Shown here: in pieces, positions 13,001 to 20,536 of the stretch | Position numbering within the stretch: the stretch's first letter is position 1 | Layout: every line of letters starts with the position of its first letter | Source: Acidobacteriota bacterium | GTDB taxonomy: Bacteria > Acidobacteriota > UBA6911 > JACQSX01 | Direction of reading: 5' to 3' | Assembly (NCBI GenBank): GCA_036507075.1 | Contig: DASXQR010000124.1 | Span: 1-57,538, forward strand | Length of the DNA: 57,538 nucleotides | Program-made: the position numbers and the translations under genes | The notes under the pieces: generated by a model | Database searches by the model: none | What the model was told of the DNA's origin: nothing | What the model saw: the letters and a program-made list of their open reading frames with translations, nothing else

Positions 13001-13432
13001 GTGGAAATACTCAATCTACTAAACCCGGTGCTTCGATGCCGCAATCGGAAGGAAGTGGAAATCTACAAGGTTGAACCTTACATTCTGGCCGCCGATGTTT
13101 ATTCGCTGGAACATCAAGTGGGCCGCGGCGGCTGGACATGGTACACGGGTTCGAGCGGGTGGATGTACCGCGTGTGGTTGGAAGATGTGCTTGGCTTCAA
13201 GCTGCGCGGGAAATTCCTGCATATCAATCCGTGCATTGCGCGCGAGTGGGATGGCTACAGTTTGCATTACCGTTACGGCGGAAGCCGCTATCACATTCAC
13301 GTGGAGAACCCCGATCACGTTGTTCGCGGAGTGGAATGGATTGAACTGGACGGCCAGAGGAGCGAAGACCAACCCGTCCTGCTGCAGGACGACGGCACGG
13401 ACCATACGATTCGGGTAAAGCTTGGTAGATGA
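4019..13432 (+). CDS. ndvB: Cyclic beta-1,2-glucan synthase (Cgs/NdvB/ChvB family; glycosyltransferase, cyclization domain and C-terminal GH94 phosphorylase region)
   Basis: 3137 aa; EWLLDNAY, GWERKRGK, ITLDADT, LSHDLLEG, RQHRWIRGDWQ, LPPDNYQE, HRTSPTNIG, YYDLFASEARL, QSGGAFGFRDQLQD, GDWNDGMN, GVRENGGQYTHAA, GRGGWTWYTGSSGW. Confidence 0.95.
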   Translation: MSKQRVILAYYQDPTSFTGVLPKLRKNQFRRVSVLRKTAQGALRIESSPPSVSSRASLILWAMAGFTAGYLLILLTHSHVSAFAHRIDWIAMALLMLAGLCLGWLGSRWSARGVEQYYINRYRSTVSRDEILLMVQARSNDLDRVLALLLHEEVTDPVTFVVRPPETVDPRQPDRPFHRESLSVERLNQHAEGLARRQQIAGSRTPGWSLLKCIRETEKVIQTIHQSLSEAVHLKQSVSLSGEWLLDNAYVIEMQITQVRRNLTRGFYKVLPQLQSGPNKGEPRVYALALELVTHTDAQLDERNIVEFLNAYQRVSPLTLGELWAMPLMLRLALLEYLRQLSLDVYKRHYERELADLWANRLVVAARRDPDQVLVFLAEIAQRQEIPTSYFAVQLIRQLSDEESALGPTRAWLERKLTSPLSEIVQQEQSRRTAEQFSIANTIGSMRRLSLLDWRDLFEITSVVEKILRTDPSKIYPRMDFTTRDSYRHSVEEIARSSRQSEIHVAEQSVLLASALQFEESLADVSPSLIRSHVGYFLVGEGRAELESSVGHRVSRVERISRSIKRHPTLHYLSSIAVWTAFFLTLFAALAIRSGVTGYHLLLLAVLALIPLSEVAIQIINYMASNLIPSRALPKMSFEEGIPDAYRTLVVVPMMLLSRGSVEAEVSRLEIRYLANPETNLLFGLFADFSDAPQQHMDGDQELLQAAVNGIEALRTKYNPDHFFLFHRERRFNEGEGQWIGWERKRGKIEELNRFLCGDESRASMLPVGNREMLRGVRFVITLDADTQLPTSRARYMIETLAHPLNHPRLAPDGETVRQGYAVIQPRVSASLWGAAPSRFTRLFSDPTGTDPYMHPVSDLYQDLFGEGIYHGKAIYDLRIFDQVLAERFPDSTLLSHDLLEGAYVRAGLASDIELFDTFPANYLSFCRRQHRWIRGDWQIFDWILPTVPHKTKGRTRNPLSAINRWKIFDNLRRSLIEPTVLALLVASWLLAPAAGALCAAMVALLLLQPVLIRLVEKVRAMARYLLEPDVAPLTWHEFTKPLATACIRALIQACLLPHQASLSADAIARVWYRRLVSRHHLLQWETAQAAHRRSLKEQSRFLLRMSLVTVFALILSFLIYLYSPQALPGAVAFLLAWAASPLAVRWIDAPPRVADRQLLREPDWNFLRSVARRTWRYFQDFVTEESHWLPPDNYQESLRIELAHRTSPTNIGLGLLSTLAARDFGYITTPDLFERTLQTLETVERVEKYQGHLLNWYNTKTLEPLYPKYVSTVDSGNLLACLWTLEQGWNELLDQPLCGPEVLMGLSDTLFILKDELGQHLPAVAASNGPVVAPDRAKPVKTASTTAPGSTRDIPGIIPARPGESQDARSAAGGDPKVKLGGIFASLEALFSSRPTGLPELLKILKDASQPVSELLNDLHQHEMRALDRAELPIGDGVPEYLYWADQLKRQLDGWLSLADRYLSWIPMLASKNEQELLPLGEAYVQWRAAVLSSPLSLRALASGSSGALSSAEAFEAEISHLNLPPELRLWLEEVTETSRRAASLAAETLAQAESLLEQVQKLGEEMNMNFLYNPERRLFSIGYNVSDHREDQSYYDLFASEARLTSFVAIARGDVPVDHWWAMSRVFGSLNGQAALLSWGGTMFEYLMPLLMTRSYEGSLLDQACRIAVAKQIDYARRLGIPWGISEAAFAALDTSRIYQYRAFGVPGLGLKRGLEEDTVVAPYASALAVMVEPAAAVKNLRRMKSHGMLGRYGYYESIDYTRQRVREGERGVIIHAYMAHHEGMTLVALDNALHGGVMQTRFHRLPRVRAAEHLLCESIPLAPPRLEASVPDGLAPRVLPISVAPPIERFYSPDTPIPRVHLLSNGSYSVMVTNGGGGYSRWREIDLTRWRPDTTRDCWGSFCYIRDSELGAVWSNTHQPMRRAARDSTVVFTAERAEFKRRDRDIDTLTEIAVSPEDDAEIRRLTLTNHSQRERRLQLTTYSELALAPHSADRAHPAFSKMFIVTESLPDRSALIATRRIRAKDEKPVWIGQVLAHDRDIVDFQYETDRARFIGRCRALESPAAIQTDLSGVTGCVLDPIFSLRCNISISPGERTQVSYVTVAAETRERVLELIEKYSDHRAAQRGLEMAWSHAQLELRQLRIQLEEGKHFQQLAGHLLYPNAQLRPPAERLRQNIFGQARLWAYGISGDYPIIVVTIGDTQDTDLIREVLVAHDYLWVRGLKADLVILDEEKDSYTQPLMEQLRKMVHAHSQYTSLDVPGGVFLRSADQIPEQDLTLLLAVARVVLVAARGTLAQQLTSSVTTLKQPPPLVISQRWEEEPSAPLPFMELPYFNGLGGFTGDGKEYAIYLGPGDRTPSPWVNVIANPNFGTLVSDSGQGFCWNGNSQSNRLLPWSNDPVSDSVSEAIYIRDEDSGIFWTPTPLPIRELDAYRIRHGQGYTVFEHNSHAIEQELAVFVPVEDDSGPPLRVQRLRLRNHSSRRRRLSVTYYGEWVLGTDREETQLHVSTTWDSEGRALLARNAYHRDYGSRVAFVSCWPAPSSVSGDRTGFLGRNGSTVRPVAMDRRDLSWRTGPGLDPCAALQVKVEIDPGQELDVIFVLGQAPTTAEARSLARQFADPAMVERSLQSTQQWWDRMLGTIHVETPDLSTNFLLNRWLLYQTLSCRLWARSAFYQSGGAFGFRDQLQDVLGLVYTAPAIARSHIIRAASHQFVEGDVQHWWHPPSDAGVRTRISDDLLWLPWVTAHYVKITGDQEILNTIISFLEGRPLEPHEHEVFLSPLRSLEEASLLEHCRRAIRKGLTAGPHGLPLIGAGDWNDGMNQVGIEGKGESVWLAWFIADVLREFADLLHLRGEELEADECRERAARIVEAVENEAWDGNWYRRAYFDGGTPLGSQQNEEAKIDSIAQSWAVLSGAADPARAAQALEAADEILVRRAERLVLLFTPPFNKSADNPGYIKSYPPGVRENGGQYTHAAIWLASAFARRHDGDKAVEILNLLNPVLRCRNRKEVEIYKVEPYILAADVYSLEHQVGRGGWTWYTGSSGWMYRVWLEDVLGFKLRGKFLHINPCIAREWDGYSLHYRYGGSRYHIHVENPDHVVRGVEWIELDGQRSEDQPVLLQDDGTDHTIRVKLGR

Positions 13433-13436
13433 ATTC

Positions 13437-13755
13437 TCACCATAAAGGCACAGCCCGGCGTAGGCCGCATCCAAAGAAAAAGCCGCGGACGGCCACGTTC
13501 ACGAGCACGAAAACGTCCACGTCCACGGGCATGACCACGTCTACGATTACGTGCAATTACGTCTACGATCTTGCCCGGTGCGGCGGAGGCTGCTGGAATT
13601 GAGACTGATCATTTTGTCGTAATCGTTGACCTGGGACGTTGTCGTGCTCGTGAACGCAGGACGTCGAGGTTGACCTGATCGTGCTCGTGGGCGTCAAACG
13701 TGGTCGTGGACGGCTTTTTCGTTGCGCCTGCGGCCGCGCCAGGCCTTTGTGGTGA
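13437..13755. repeat. Composite palindromic element: nonamer-family ends, conserved signature arm and inverted hexamer (CACGTC/GACGTG-like) arrays
   Basis: TCACCATAAAGGC (13437) / GCCTTTGTGGTGA (13743); AAAAAGCCG / CGGCTTTTT; degenerate CACGTC runs 5' and GTCGTG/GACGTG runs 3'. Confidence 0.8.
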
Positions 13756-13774
13756 ACCCAACATTCGAGAATCT

Positions 13775-14818
13775 ATGTCGCCTCGTTGGTTTCTAATCGC
13801 TGCGTTTCTGGGCGTTCTTTATCTTTGTTTTCGAGTTCTGCAGCCATTCTGGATGCCTTTTGTGCTGGCCCTGATTCTGGCCACACTTCTCTTCCCCTTG
13901 AACGAATACCTTGGGAAGAAATGGAAGAACCGTAAGAACCTGGCGGCGTTTTTCATCTGTATGGCCCTTACTGTGGTTCTGCTGCTTCCGATGGTATTCC
14001 TCCTGATCTCACTGGCCCACGAAGCGCTGGGACTCTACGCCGCCGCAAAGGATCCCAAAAAGCTTGAGCAGTGGCGGGCCTGGCTGAGCACGGACACCAA
14101 TCCGATGCTGCAGAAGCTTGAGTATTGGCTCCCGGGATCGTGGAGAATCCGTGATCTTCAGTTGGGACAGAAACTGAGGGAACAGGTGGAAGGCTGGGGA
14201 ATAGGCGTTCTCGCCTATATGACCGCGTTTGCCGGCGGGCTTTTCAATTTCCTGATGAATTACTTCATCATGCTCACTACCCTGTTTTTTCTGCTGCGTG
14301 ACGCGGACTACTTCGCCCAAAAGCTTCGCTCCGTAAGCCCGCTCTCCGAAAAGTACGAACGCATGTTCGTGGAGCGCTTTCGCATCATTGCACGAGCGAC
14401 GGTAATCGGCAATTTGCTTACCGCCGTCGCCCAGGGCGTCACCGGCGGGTTTGTGTTTGCGGTGCTCGGTCTTTCCAATCCGATTCTCTGGGGAACATTG
14501 ACAGCGTTTTTCTCACTGGTCCCTGTTGTGGGAACCGCCCTCATCTGGGTCCCATGGGCCCTGTACCTGCTGGCGATCGGTTCCACGGGCAAAGCGATCC
14601 TGCTGGTGCTATTGGAAGTGCTGGCGGTGGGTTCCATCGACAATGTTCTGCGACCATGGCTTATCGAAGGCAAGGTAAGAATGCATACCATGCTGGTTTT
14701 CTTCAGCATCATGGGTGGACTGAACTATTTCGGAATTGCCGGACTGCTTCTGGGGCCGCTGGTGGTGGCCGTTACGTTGACTTTCTTTGAAATCTATCTA
14801 CTTGAAATGAAGGAGTAG
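13775..14818 (+). CDS. AI-2E family transporter (PerM/YdiK-like)
   Basis: Polytopic membrane protein with FFLLRD, SLVPVVGTALIWVP, IDNVLRPWL, GLLLGPL motifs; start moved to ATG 13775. Confidence 0.9.
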   Translation: MSPRWFLIAAFLGVLYLCFRVLQPFWMPFVLALILATLLFPLNEYLGKKWKNRKNLAAFFICMALTVVLLLPMVFLLISLAHEALGLYAAAKDPKKLEQWRAWLSTDTNPMLQKLEYWLPGSWRIRDLQLGQKLREQVEGWGIGVLAYMTAFAGGLFNFLMNYFIMLTTLFFLLRDADYFAQKLRSVSPLSEKYERMFVERFRIIARATVIGNLLTAVAQGVTGGFVFAVLGLSNPILWGTLTAFFSLVPVVGTALIWVPWALYLLAIGSTGKAILLVLLEVLAVGSIDNVLRPWLIEGKVRMHTMLVFFSIMGGLNYFGIAGLLLGPLVVAVTLTFFEIYLLEMKE

Positions 14819-14820
14819 TT

Positions 14821-15152
14821 AGTCAGTTGTCAGTAGTGTCAGTAGTCCGTTGTCAGTTGTCAGTTGTTTACGGGTTGCGGGTTGCGAGTTTACTGGTTTC
14901 GAGTTAGTGCTCAAAGAATTGATGAATTCAAATATTCAAACATTCTCGGAATCGAACCCGTAACCCGAAAACTCGCAACCCGTAACCCCGAAACTCACAA
15001 CCCGTAACCCGAGAATTGCAACCCGTAACTCCGAAAACTCGCAACCCGTAACCCGTAAACCCGCAACCCGTAACCCGAAAACTCGCAACCCGTAACCCGA
15101 AAACTCACAACCCGTCAACTGATTACGGACCACGGACAACTAACTACGGACA
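14821..15152. repeat. Nested inverted heptamer arrays (TCAGTTG/TCCGTTG outer, CGGGTTG/CAACCCG inner)
   Basis: Outer 14821-14866 pairs with 15115-15152; inner G-rich arm ~14869-14905 and C-rich arm ~14955-15114 with a ~22-nt higher-order unit AACCCGTAACCCGAAAACTCGC. Confidence 0.9.
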
Positions 15153-15251
15153 ATCCCCCCGTTTTACTCCCTTGCTAAACTGATCTCAGGGGCGAGTACT
15201 GCAAACTGGTAATTTCGGCCCCTGAAAACTTACAACTTGAAGGAGTTGCAG

Positions 15252-15770
15252 ATGGCAGAGGATGATAAGTTGGCAGTCGATGAAGCGCGCCGAATTTCCC
15301 AGCATGAGTCGGTTAAGTCACGGCTCGGTGAAGGCGTTCAGTCTGAGATTACCAGAAGTGCGGATGACCTGACGCGCGAGGAACGGACGCGCGCTGACGC
15401 CGTGGCCGAGAAACTGAAACATAAAGCGGTCAACGAAGTCGTCGAGACGGAAAGCGAATTGGAGCGCGCCCGCGGTGTGGCGCGCATTTCGCAGGTAATC
15501 GATTATCTGTTCTATCTGCTCTACGGCATTCTCAGCCTGGAAATCATTCTCGAGTTGATTGGCGCCAGGCAAGGCAGCGGCTTCAAGCAACTGATCGACA
15601 CACTCGCCGCGCCGTTTCTGGCCCCCTTTCGGGGTCTGGTTCCCGATCCGGGCAGCGGAACTTTTCAGTTCCGCATGTCCTACATCATCGCGTTGATCGT
15701 TTACGTGCTGGTCCATTTGGGGATCAACGGGCTGCTCCGGATTTTTGTGCACAAAAAGACGGAAGTCTGA
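15252..15770 (+). CDS. YggT-like membrane protein with charged N-terminal region
   Basis: AGGAG RBS before ATG 15252; C-terminal half IDYLFYLLYG..LELIGA..FKQLIDTLAAPFLAPFRGL resembles YggT family proteins. Confidence 0.7.
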   Translation: MAEDDKLAVDEARRISQHESVKSRLGEGVQSEITRSADDLTREERTRADAVAEKLKHKAVNEVVETESELERARGVARISQVIDYLFYLLYGILSLEIILELIGARQGSGFKQLIDTLAAPFLAPFRGLVPDPGSGTFQFRMSYIIALIVYVLVHLGINGLLRIFVHKKTEV

Positions 15771-15804
15771 GTGTCGTAGCCGAGGATGTCAACGCCGGCT
15801 AGGA

Positions 15805-16093
15805 GCCTGTCCGAGAAATCGACGCCACCGGGCCTGGAACGTGAGAAGAAATCGAAGAGGACTTGCGGCTTTGCCGCTCATCGTGCGGAAAGGCTCTGCC
15901 TTTCCGGGCGATGCCCTCCATCCTTTCTCCGCAAACCGAGGCTGCGCCTCGGTTTGCGGAGAAAGGAAAAATGTGAAGAATGGCGCTGCCGGAAAGGCAG
16001 AGCCTTTTCGCACGAGGGGCGGCAAAGCCGCAACTCGAGTAACCAATTTTTTCTCACGTTCCTGCCCCGGTGGCGTCGATTTCTCAGACAGGC
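15805..16093. repeat. Four-layer nested inverted-repeat element (~290 bp) between convergent genes
   Basis: 15805-15832/16066-16093; 15836-15852/16046-16062; 15863-15907/15989-16033; central perfect 22-bp stem 15921-15967. Confidence 0.9.
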
Positions 16094-16095
16094 GG

Positions 16096-16965
16096 CTAGC
16101 GCCGCCGCGGCACGACGCCGGAATCCACCGTTGCCCCCGTTCGGGAGATCGTCTGGAAGTAAAGATTGTCGCCGGCGATTTCTATCAGCATGAAGTGATA
16201 ATCCCGGTCGAATCCAGCCAGGGAAATCTGGCTTTGCCGGATGTCTCCCAGACGCAGCTTTGCTGATCCTCCGGAAATGAAGTATTGAATTCCTTTCTGC
16301 GGCAGAAGCCTTTGATAGAAATGGTCATGCCCGGCAAGGACCGCGCTTACTCCATACCTCACCATCAGTGGTTCCAGCAGCGCGCGCCGCGCCTCGTCGG
16401 GCTGATGCCGGGTTCCCGAAGTGTACAGCGGGTGGTGAAAAAAACAGATTTTCCATTTCTCTGAGGCACTGGAAAGGGCACGGTCAAACCAGCGGAGTTG
16501 GGCAGGGTCGAGCAGATTGGTATCCAGGGCGAAGAATCGCACGCTCTGCCGTGGCGCCTTAAATTCATAGTAACGGTCCGCCATATTGAAGGGCTTGTAA
16601 AAACGCTCGGACGGCTCGTCATGGTTTCCCAGCACCGCATAGAATTTCACTCCGGCATCGAGAAATGCACGGTATGGGTCCTCGAATTTCGTCCGGTAGT
16701 CGGCGGACTTCTTGCTTCCGTAGAGGTTGTCGCCCAGCATCAGAACCATCTCAAATGGAAACCGGCTGCGCGCAGCCGTCATCCGCCGGGCAACCTGATA
16801 TTGAGCGGTTCCGCCCGTCCCGCTGTCACCGATGACAGCCAACCGGAGAGAGCCGGGAATCAAGGGGAGCCTTATTTGGAGATCCGGGCGGCTGCCGGAG
16901 CATGACGACAGCAGTGCGAATACGAGGCCAAGGCTTATGTTTGCTATGCGCCGCGCGAAATTCAT
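16096..16965 (-). CDS. Metallophosphoesterase (calcineurin-like / acid phosphatase type), probable lipoprotein
   Basis: IGDSG, LGDNLY, LGNHD, FHHP, AGHDH motifs; N-terminal LLSSC lipobox. Confidence 0.9.
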   Translation of the reverse strand: MNFARRIANISLGLVFALLSSCSGSRPDLQIRLPLIPGSLRLAVIGDSGTGGTAQYQVARRMTAARSRFPFEMVLMLGDNLYGSKKSADYRTKFEDPYRAFLDAGVKFYAVLGNHDEPSERFYKPFNMADRYYEFKAPRQSVRFFALDTNLLDPAQLRWFDRALSSASEKWKICFFHHPLYTSGTRHQPDEARRALLEPLMVRYGVSAVLAGHDHFYQRLLPQKGIQYFISGGSAKLRLGDIRQSQISLAGFDRDYHFMLIEIAGDNLYFQTISRTGATVDSGVVPRRR

Positions 16966-17046
16966 AGAATGTCATTCGAAGTGTAGCAGGGCTTGAATTT
17001 GGCGGTAATTGTATTGAATTGGGAGTGTGGAGACGGCCACGTTGTA

Positions 17047-17140
17047 TTCACCGCCGAGTCGCTAAGTACGCCGAGATTGCGCAGAGGCTGAGATTGCAGA
17101 CTCTGCGAAACCTTAGCGATCTCGGCGTCTCGGCGGTGAA
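17047..17140. repeat. Inverted nonamer-type palindrome (CACCGCCGAG.../...CTCGGCGGTG)
   Basis: TTCACCGCCGAGTCGCTAAG...CTTAGCGATCTCGGCGTCTCGGCGGTGAA with 9-nt periodicity. Confidence 0.8.
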
Positions 17141-17186
17141 AGCGGTGTCCCGTATCGAGCAGCCTGGTAGTGGTGATGGGCACATC

Positions 17187-18155
17187 ATGAAAAAGACTCT
17201 TACATTCGCCGCCTTGGCACTGATAGCAGTTTTCGTTCTTACTTTGCCGGCGCCGGGCGAATCTGCAGTTCCCGAGACCCGCGATAAGGTCCTGCTTGAT
17301 ACCGACATCGGCGGCGACATCGATGACGCCTGGGCTTTGGCCTTTGTGCTTGCACATCGGCAATTCGAGCCCCTGGGCATCACGATAACCGACGGCAACA
17401 CACCGGCTCGCGCCAGGATTGCCTGCAAATTGCTGAAGCTTACCGGACGCCAGCGTATTCCCGTTGCTGTGGGACGCAGCACAAACAGCGAGCAGGAGCA
17501 CCAATTCGCGTGGGCGGATGATTTCACCGGCATCAAGCCCATCACACAACATGCCGCTGACTTTATCGTTGAGCAAGTGCGAAAGCATCCAGGCGAGATT
17601 ACCCTGATTGCCGTGGGGCCGCTGCAAAACCTGGCCGACGCGTTAAGAAAAGAACCCGCACTCGGGAAATATGTGAAGAGAGTGGTTTTAATGAGCGGTT
17701 GCATTTACGGCACGGCCTCCGAATCCAAGCCAAAACCGGAGTGGAACGTAGTTGCTTCCACTCCGGACTCTCAGGTGGTCTACGGCGCCGGACTGCCTCT
17801 CACCATCGTGCCGCTCGACTCAACTACTCTGGTGCGTTTGAAAGACGAAGAGCGCCGGAAGGTCGCCGCGTACAAATCACCCCTCACCTTCGCCCTGGAG
17901 TCGCTCTATCGGTTGTGGCTGGCTTCGCCGGAAAGCAGAATGACCCTGCATGACCAGCTCGCAGTGGCGGAGACTGCCCGTCCAGGAACTTTCTTTGGAA
18001 AGCTGGAGAAACTGCCGCTGATTGTCGATGACAAGGGATATACGCGTGTTGACCGTGATCGAGGGAAAATGGTGACTGTGTGCCTGCAGCCAAAGCGCGA
18101 CGAGTTCATGCAATACTACATTTCCGAGCTGGTCAGCCAGCGCCTGGGAATGTGA
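17187..18155 (+). CDS. Secreted nucleoside hydrolase family protein (IU-NH fold)
   Basis: LLDTDIGGDIDDAWAL Asp cluster, VGPLQN, PEWNV, LHDQLA; Sec signal peptide from ATG 17187 (MKKTLTFAALAL). Confidence 0.88.
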   Translation: MKKTLTFAALALIAVFVLTLPAPGESAVPETRDKVLLDTDIGGDIDDAWALAFVLAHRQFEPLGITITDGNTPARARIACKLLKLTGRQRIPVAVGRSTNSEQEHQFAWADDFTGIKPITQHAADFIVEQVRKHPGEITLIAVGPLQNLADALRKEPALGKYVKRVVLMSGCIYGTASESKPKPEWNVVASTPDSQVVYGAGLPLTIVPLDSTTLVRLKDEERRKVAAYKSPLTFALESLYRLWLASPESRMTLHDQLAVAETARPGTFFGKLEKLPLIVDDKGYTRVDRDRGKMVTVCLQPKRDEFMQYYISELVSQRLGM

Positions 18156-18185
18156 CCGTGAGCCCGGGTTACTCACGCGCTTCTG

Positions 18186-19367
18186 TCAGCTCGCTCCGCC
18201 GGGGCCTGCTACGGCCCTCAATCGGGGAACGCGCGCCTCGGCTGAAGGCAATTCCGGAAAATCGGTGAACGGGTCGGTCTGATACCAGTAGCAAACTGAA
18301 TAAAAATTATCCGCCCGGTGGTTGGCGTGGCCGTGCTCCATTGTGTGCTTCATATATCGGCTGAACGTCACCGGATTGTCCGCGTGCCAGCGATACAGGC
18401 AGTACCGCCCTCCGGTGCGTTCCGGTGTGGTAATGAATTGCGCGCCATTGTACAAATGCGCAAACGGGATAGCCGTGTCGCGTCCTCCAAAATCCCACGC
18501 CCCGCAGAAATAATCTTCCGATCCAGTTCCGATGATCACGGGTTTTGTTTCATCATCCACAAAAATCATGTCATCGCCCTCACCCATCCAGAACTCCTGG
18601 TTCTGAAGGACGCCAAGCGTTACCCCCATCAGGTGTCCCCTGCCGCGGGTCTCCGCATAGACATAGTTGTTTTTTCCCTCCGGGTTCAGCAGTCGATTGG
18701 CATCGCCGTTATTCGTCCAGTCGTTGGTGGTCGCAGCCGCCGGAGCGGCCTGGCGGTATTGCGCGTGGAAGTAAACAATGTCGGCCGGAAGAGCGGGGAC
18801 CAGTTGATAGTCGATGTTGGAATAAAATGCGCCCACGTCCTGTTTGCCCTCATTGCTGGCGGTAATGCGAGCCGACTTTCGAAACGGCATGGCAAAATAG
18901 GAATTGAGCGCCTTCACCGACGAGCAGTTCAGGAATGCCGACTGATAGACAAAATATTGACCGAGGTTCAGGCCGAAGAAGTCACCCACGGGAACTTCCA
19001 CGCTTGGCTTGGCATTCCCTTCCCAATACATTCGAATCACGATTTCCTTGAGATGATTTCCGCTCTGCGCCGCGATGGTAAACCAGATATGCGTGATCAC
19101 ACCCGCGCCGGCGGCATTGAACACCTCCTGCGTCTGGCCTGCCTTGATCTGGAAGCGATCGGCATTTCCTCCGGATCGGTCGAAGCTCGACTGCTTCAAT
19201 GATTTGTAATTCTGGGCCCGCGCATACAACGGAAGGAATTCGAACGCCCTTTCGTTTTGTGCCTGGGCTCCTAAAACAGCCGGCATTGCCGCCATAGAAG
19301 CTCCGGAAAAAGTCGCCATTCTGCGCAGGAAACCGCGACGCCCTCCCTGTCTGGACGTTTTCAGCAT
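18186..19367 (-). CDS. DUF2961 / glycoside hydrolase family 172 protein with Tat signal
   Basis: RRGFLR twin-arginine; SSFDRSGGNAD, GVITHIWFT, VPVGDFFG, MPFRKSARI, WMGEGDD, GTGSEDYF, EHGHAN, SVCYWYQ. Confidence 0.88.
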   Translation of the reverse strand: MLKTSRQGGRRGFLRRMATFSGASMAAMPAVLGAQAQNERAFEFLPLYARAQNYKSLKQSSFDRSGGNADRFQIKAGQTQEVFNAAGAGVITHIWFTIAAQSGNHLKEIVIRMYWEGNAKPSVEVPVGDFFGLNLGQYFVYQSAFLNCSSVKALNSYFAMPFRKSARITASNEGKQDVGAFYSNIDYQLVPALPADIVYFHAQYRQAAPAAATTNDWTNNGDANRLLNPEGKNNYVYAETRGRGHLMGVTLGVLQNQEFWMGEGDDMIFVDDETKPVIIGTGSEDYFCGAWDFGGRDTAIPFAHLYNGAQFITTPERTGGRYCLYRWHADNPVTFSRYMKHTMEHGHANHRADNFYSVCYWYQTDPFTDFPELPSAEARVPRLRAVAGPGGAS

Positions 19368-19433
19368 AAGATTCTCCTTTCAAAAAAAGGACCAAGAGTT
19401 TGAGCGCGATTCTAGCACCCAGGCGCACAACTT

Positions 19434-19483
19434 GGCTTGGTGCCTTGGTGGTTTATTTTTTTCAACCACCAAGGCACCAAGCC
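19434..19483. repeat. Perfect 20-bp inverted repeat (CTTGGTGCCTTGGTGGTT family)
   Basis: GGCTTGGTGCCTTGGTGGTT - 10 nt - AACCACCAAGGCACCAAGCC; related copies at 21446, 35851 and 43592. Confidence 0.9.
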
Positions 19484-19586
19484 AGCCCGAATCCCGCTTG
19501 CAAAACCCGCGCCATTGGATAAGATGAAACTGATAGTGCCGGAGAGTTGATCGACTGGCTCACCGGAGATATTTGAGGAAGTCATT

Positions 19587-20231
19587 GTGAGAAAAAACCG
19601 GATTGCGCTTGTCTTTGTTTTCATGATGGTTTGCGGTATTTGCGGGACTCTTGTTCGGGCCGGAGGAGAACAAGCGTCACCTCCTCAGGGAACGCCTTCC
19701 GCATCAAGCCAACCGGGCTCCGACCGGCCGCTGAGCCCGGGCGCCAAATTCAACTATGCCGTGCACCATTCGATTCTGTCGCCGCTGGCGTATGCGAAAT
19801 CTGCCACACTCGCCGGCTTCAGTATGGCCGTCGATTCCGAAGCCGATCGGCCCTATGGAATGGGCGCGGAAGGCTTTGGCAGGCGCTGGGCGGATCGGAT
19901 GGGAAGAGGCACAATCAAAGAATTCGTCGGCTCTGGAACAGCCGCATCGCTGCTGCATGAAGATCCCAGGTATTTTCATTCCCCGAATCGGGCCTTCGGC
20001 GCCAGAGTTCGTTATGCTCTGACTCGTGTCTTGATTACTCGAACCGATGGCGGTACGAATCGATTTAACACTCACAATGTCATTGGGATTTTTACGGCTG
20101 AGGGAATTGCCTATAGCTGGCGTCCGGACAGCAGCCAAAGGAACGTGAAAAACTATTTCCAGCGGGTAGGACAAACGCTTGCCTGGGACGGTCTCAGCAA
20201 GCTGCTAAAGGAGTTCCGGGGTAAGCAATAA
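19587..20231 (+). CDS. Hypothetical exported protein
   Basis: GTG start after GAGGA RBS; signal peptide, P/S/Q-rich linker, YGMGAEGFGRR and LHEDPRYF segments. Confidence 0.75.
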   Translation: MRKNRIALVFVFMMVCGICGTLVRAGGEQASPPQGTPSASSQPGSDRPLSPGAKFNYAVHHSILSPLAYAKSATLAGFSMAVDSEADRPYGMGAEGFGRRWADRMGRGTIKEFVGSGTAASLLHEDPRYFHSPNRAFGARVRYALTRVLITRTDGGTNRFNTHNVIGIFTAEGIAYSWRPDSSQRNVKNYFQRVGQTLAWDGLSKLLKEFRGKQ

Positions 20232-20252
20232 AACGAGTTATAAGCGCTCTTT

Positions 20253-20522
20253 TACCACAAAGGCCCAGCGCAGCCGCAGGCCGCAACCAAAGAAAAAGCC
20301 GTCCACGTGCTACCGAACCGTGAGTTCTGGTTTTTTTTTAACCACATTTTTCATTGCACATTAGGAAGCGGAGAGACGGCCTGAGGGCCGTCTCCAGACC
20401 GCGAAGCGGTCAAGGAGAAGCTCACCGGGGGCGGCGCGCAAAAAACGCGCTTGCCCCCGGCTACTCTATTTGACGCTTTCAGCGTCCAGACCGGCAATTC
20501 GTCTTTGATGTCTTTGTGGTTT
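20253..20522. repeat. Composite repeat: nonamer ends, hexamer-family signature arm and a cluster of REP-like hairpins
   Basis: ACCACAAAGGC...TCTTTGTGGT ends; signature 20266-20301; hairpins GAGACGGCC/GGCCGTCTC, GACCGCGAAGCGGTC, CCGGGGGC/GCCCCCGG, GACGCTTTCAGCGTC. Confidence 0.75.
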
Positions 20523-20536
20523 CAAATACTGATTTT

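Noticed and set aside
14955..15114. Possible CRISPR array in the 22-nt periodic repeats (also 43688-43787, 57465-57538)
   Set aside because: No unique spacers between units and no cas genes; these are tandem repeats.
15745..16266. ORFs across the nested palindrome
   Set aside because: Mirror-image peptides on both strands arise from the inverted repeats; no transposase motifs.
18318..19202. 294-aa plus-strand ORF
   Set aside because: Antisense shadow of the GH172 gene.
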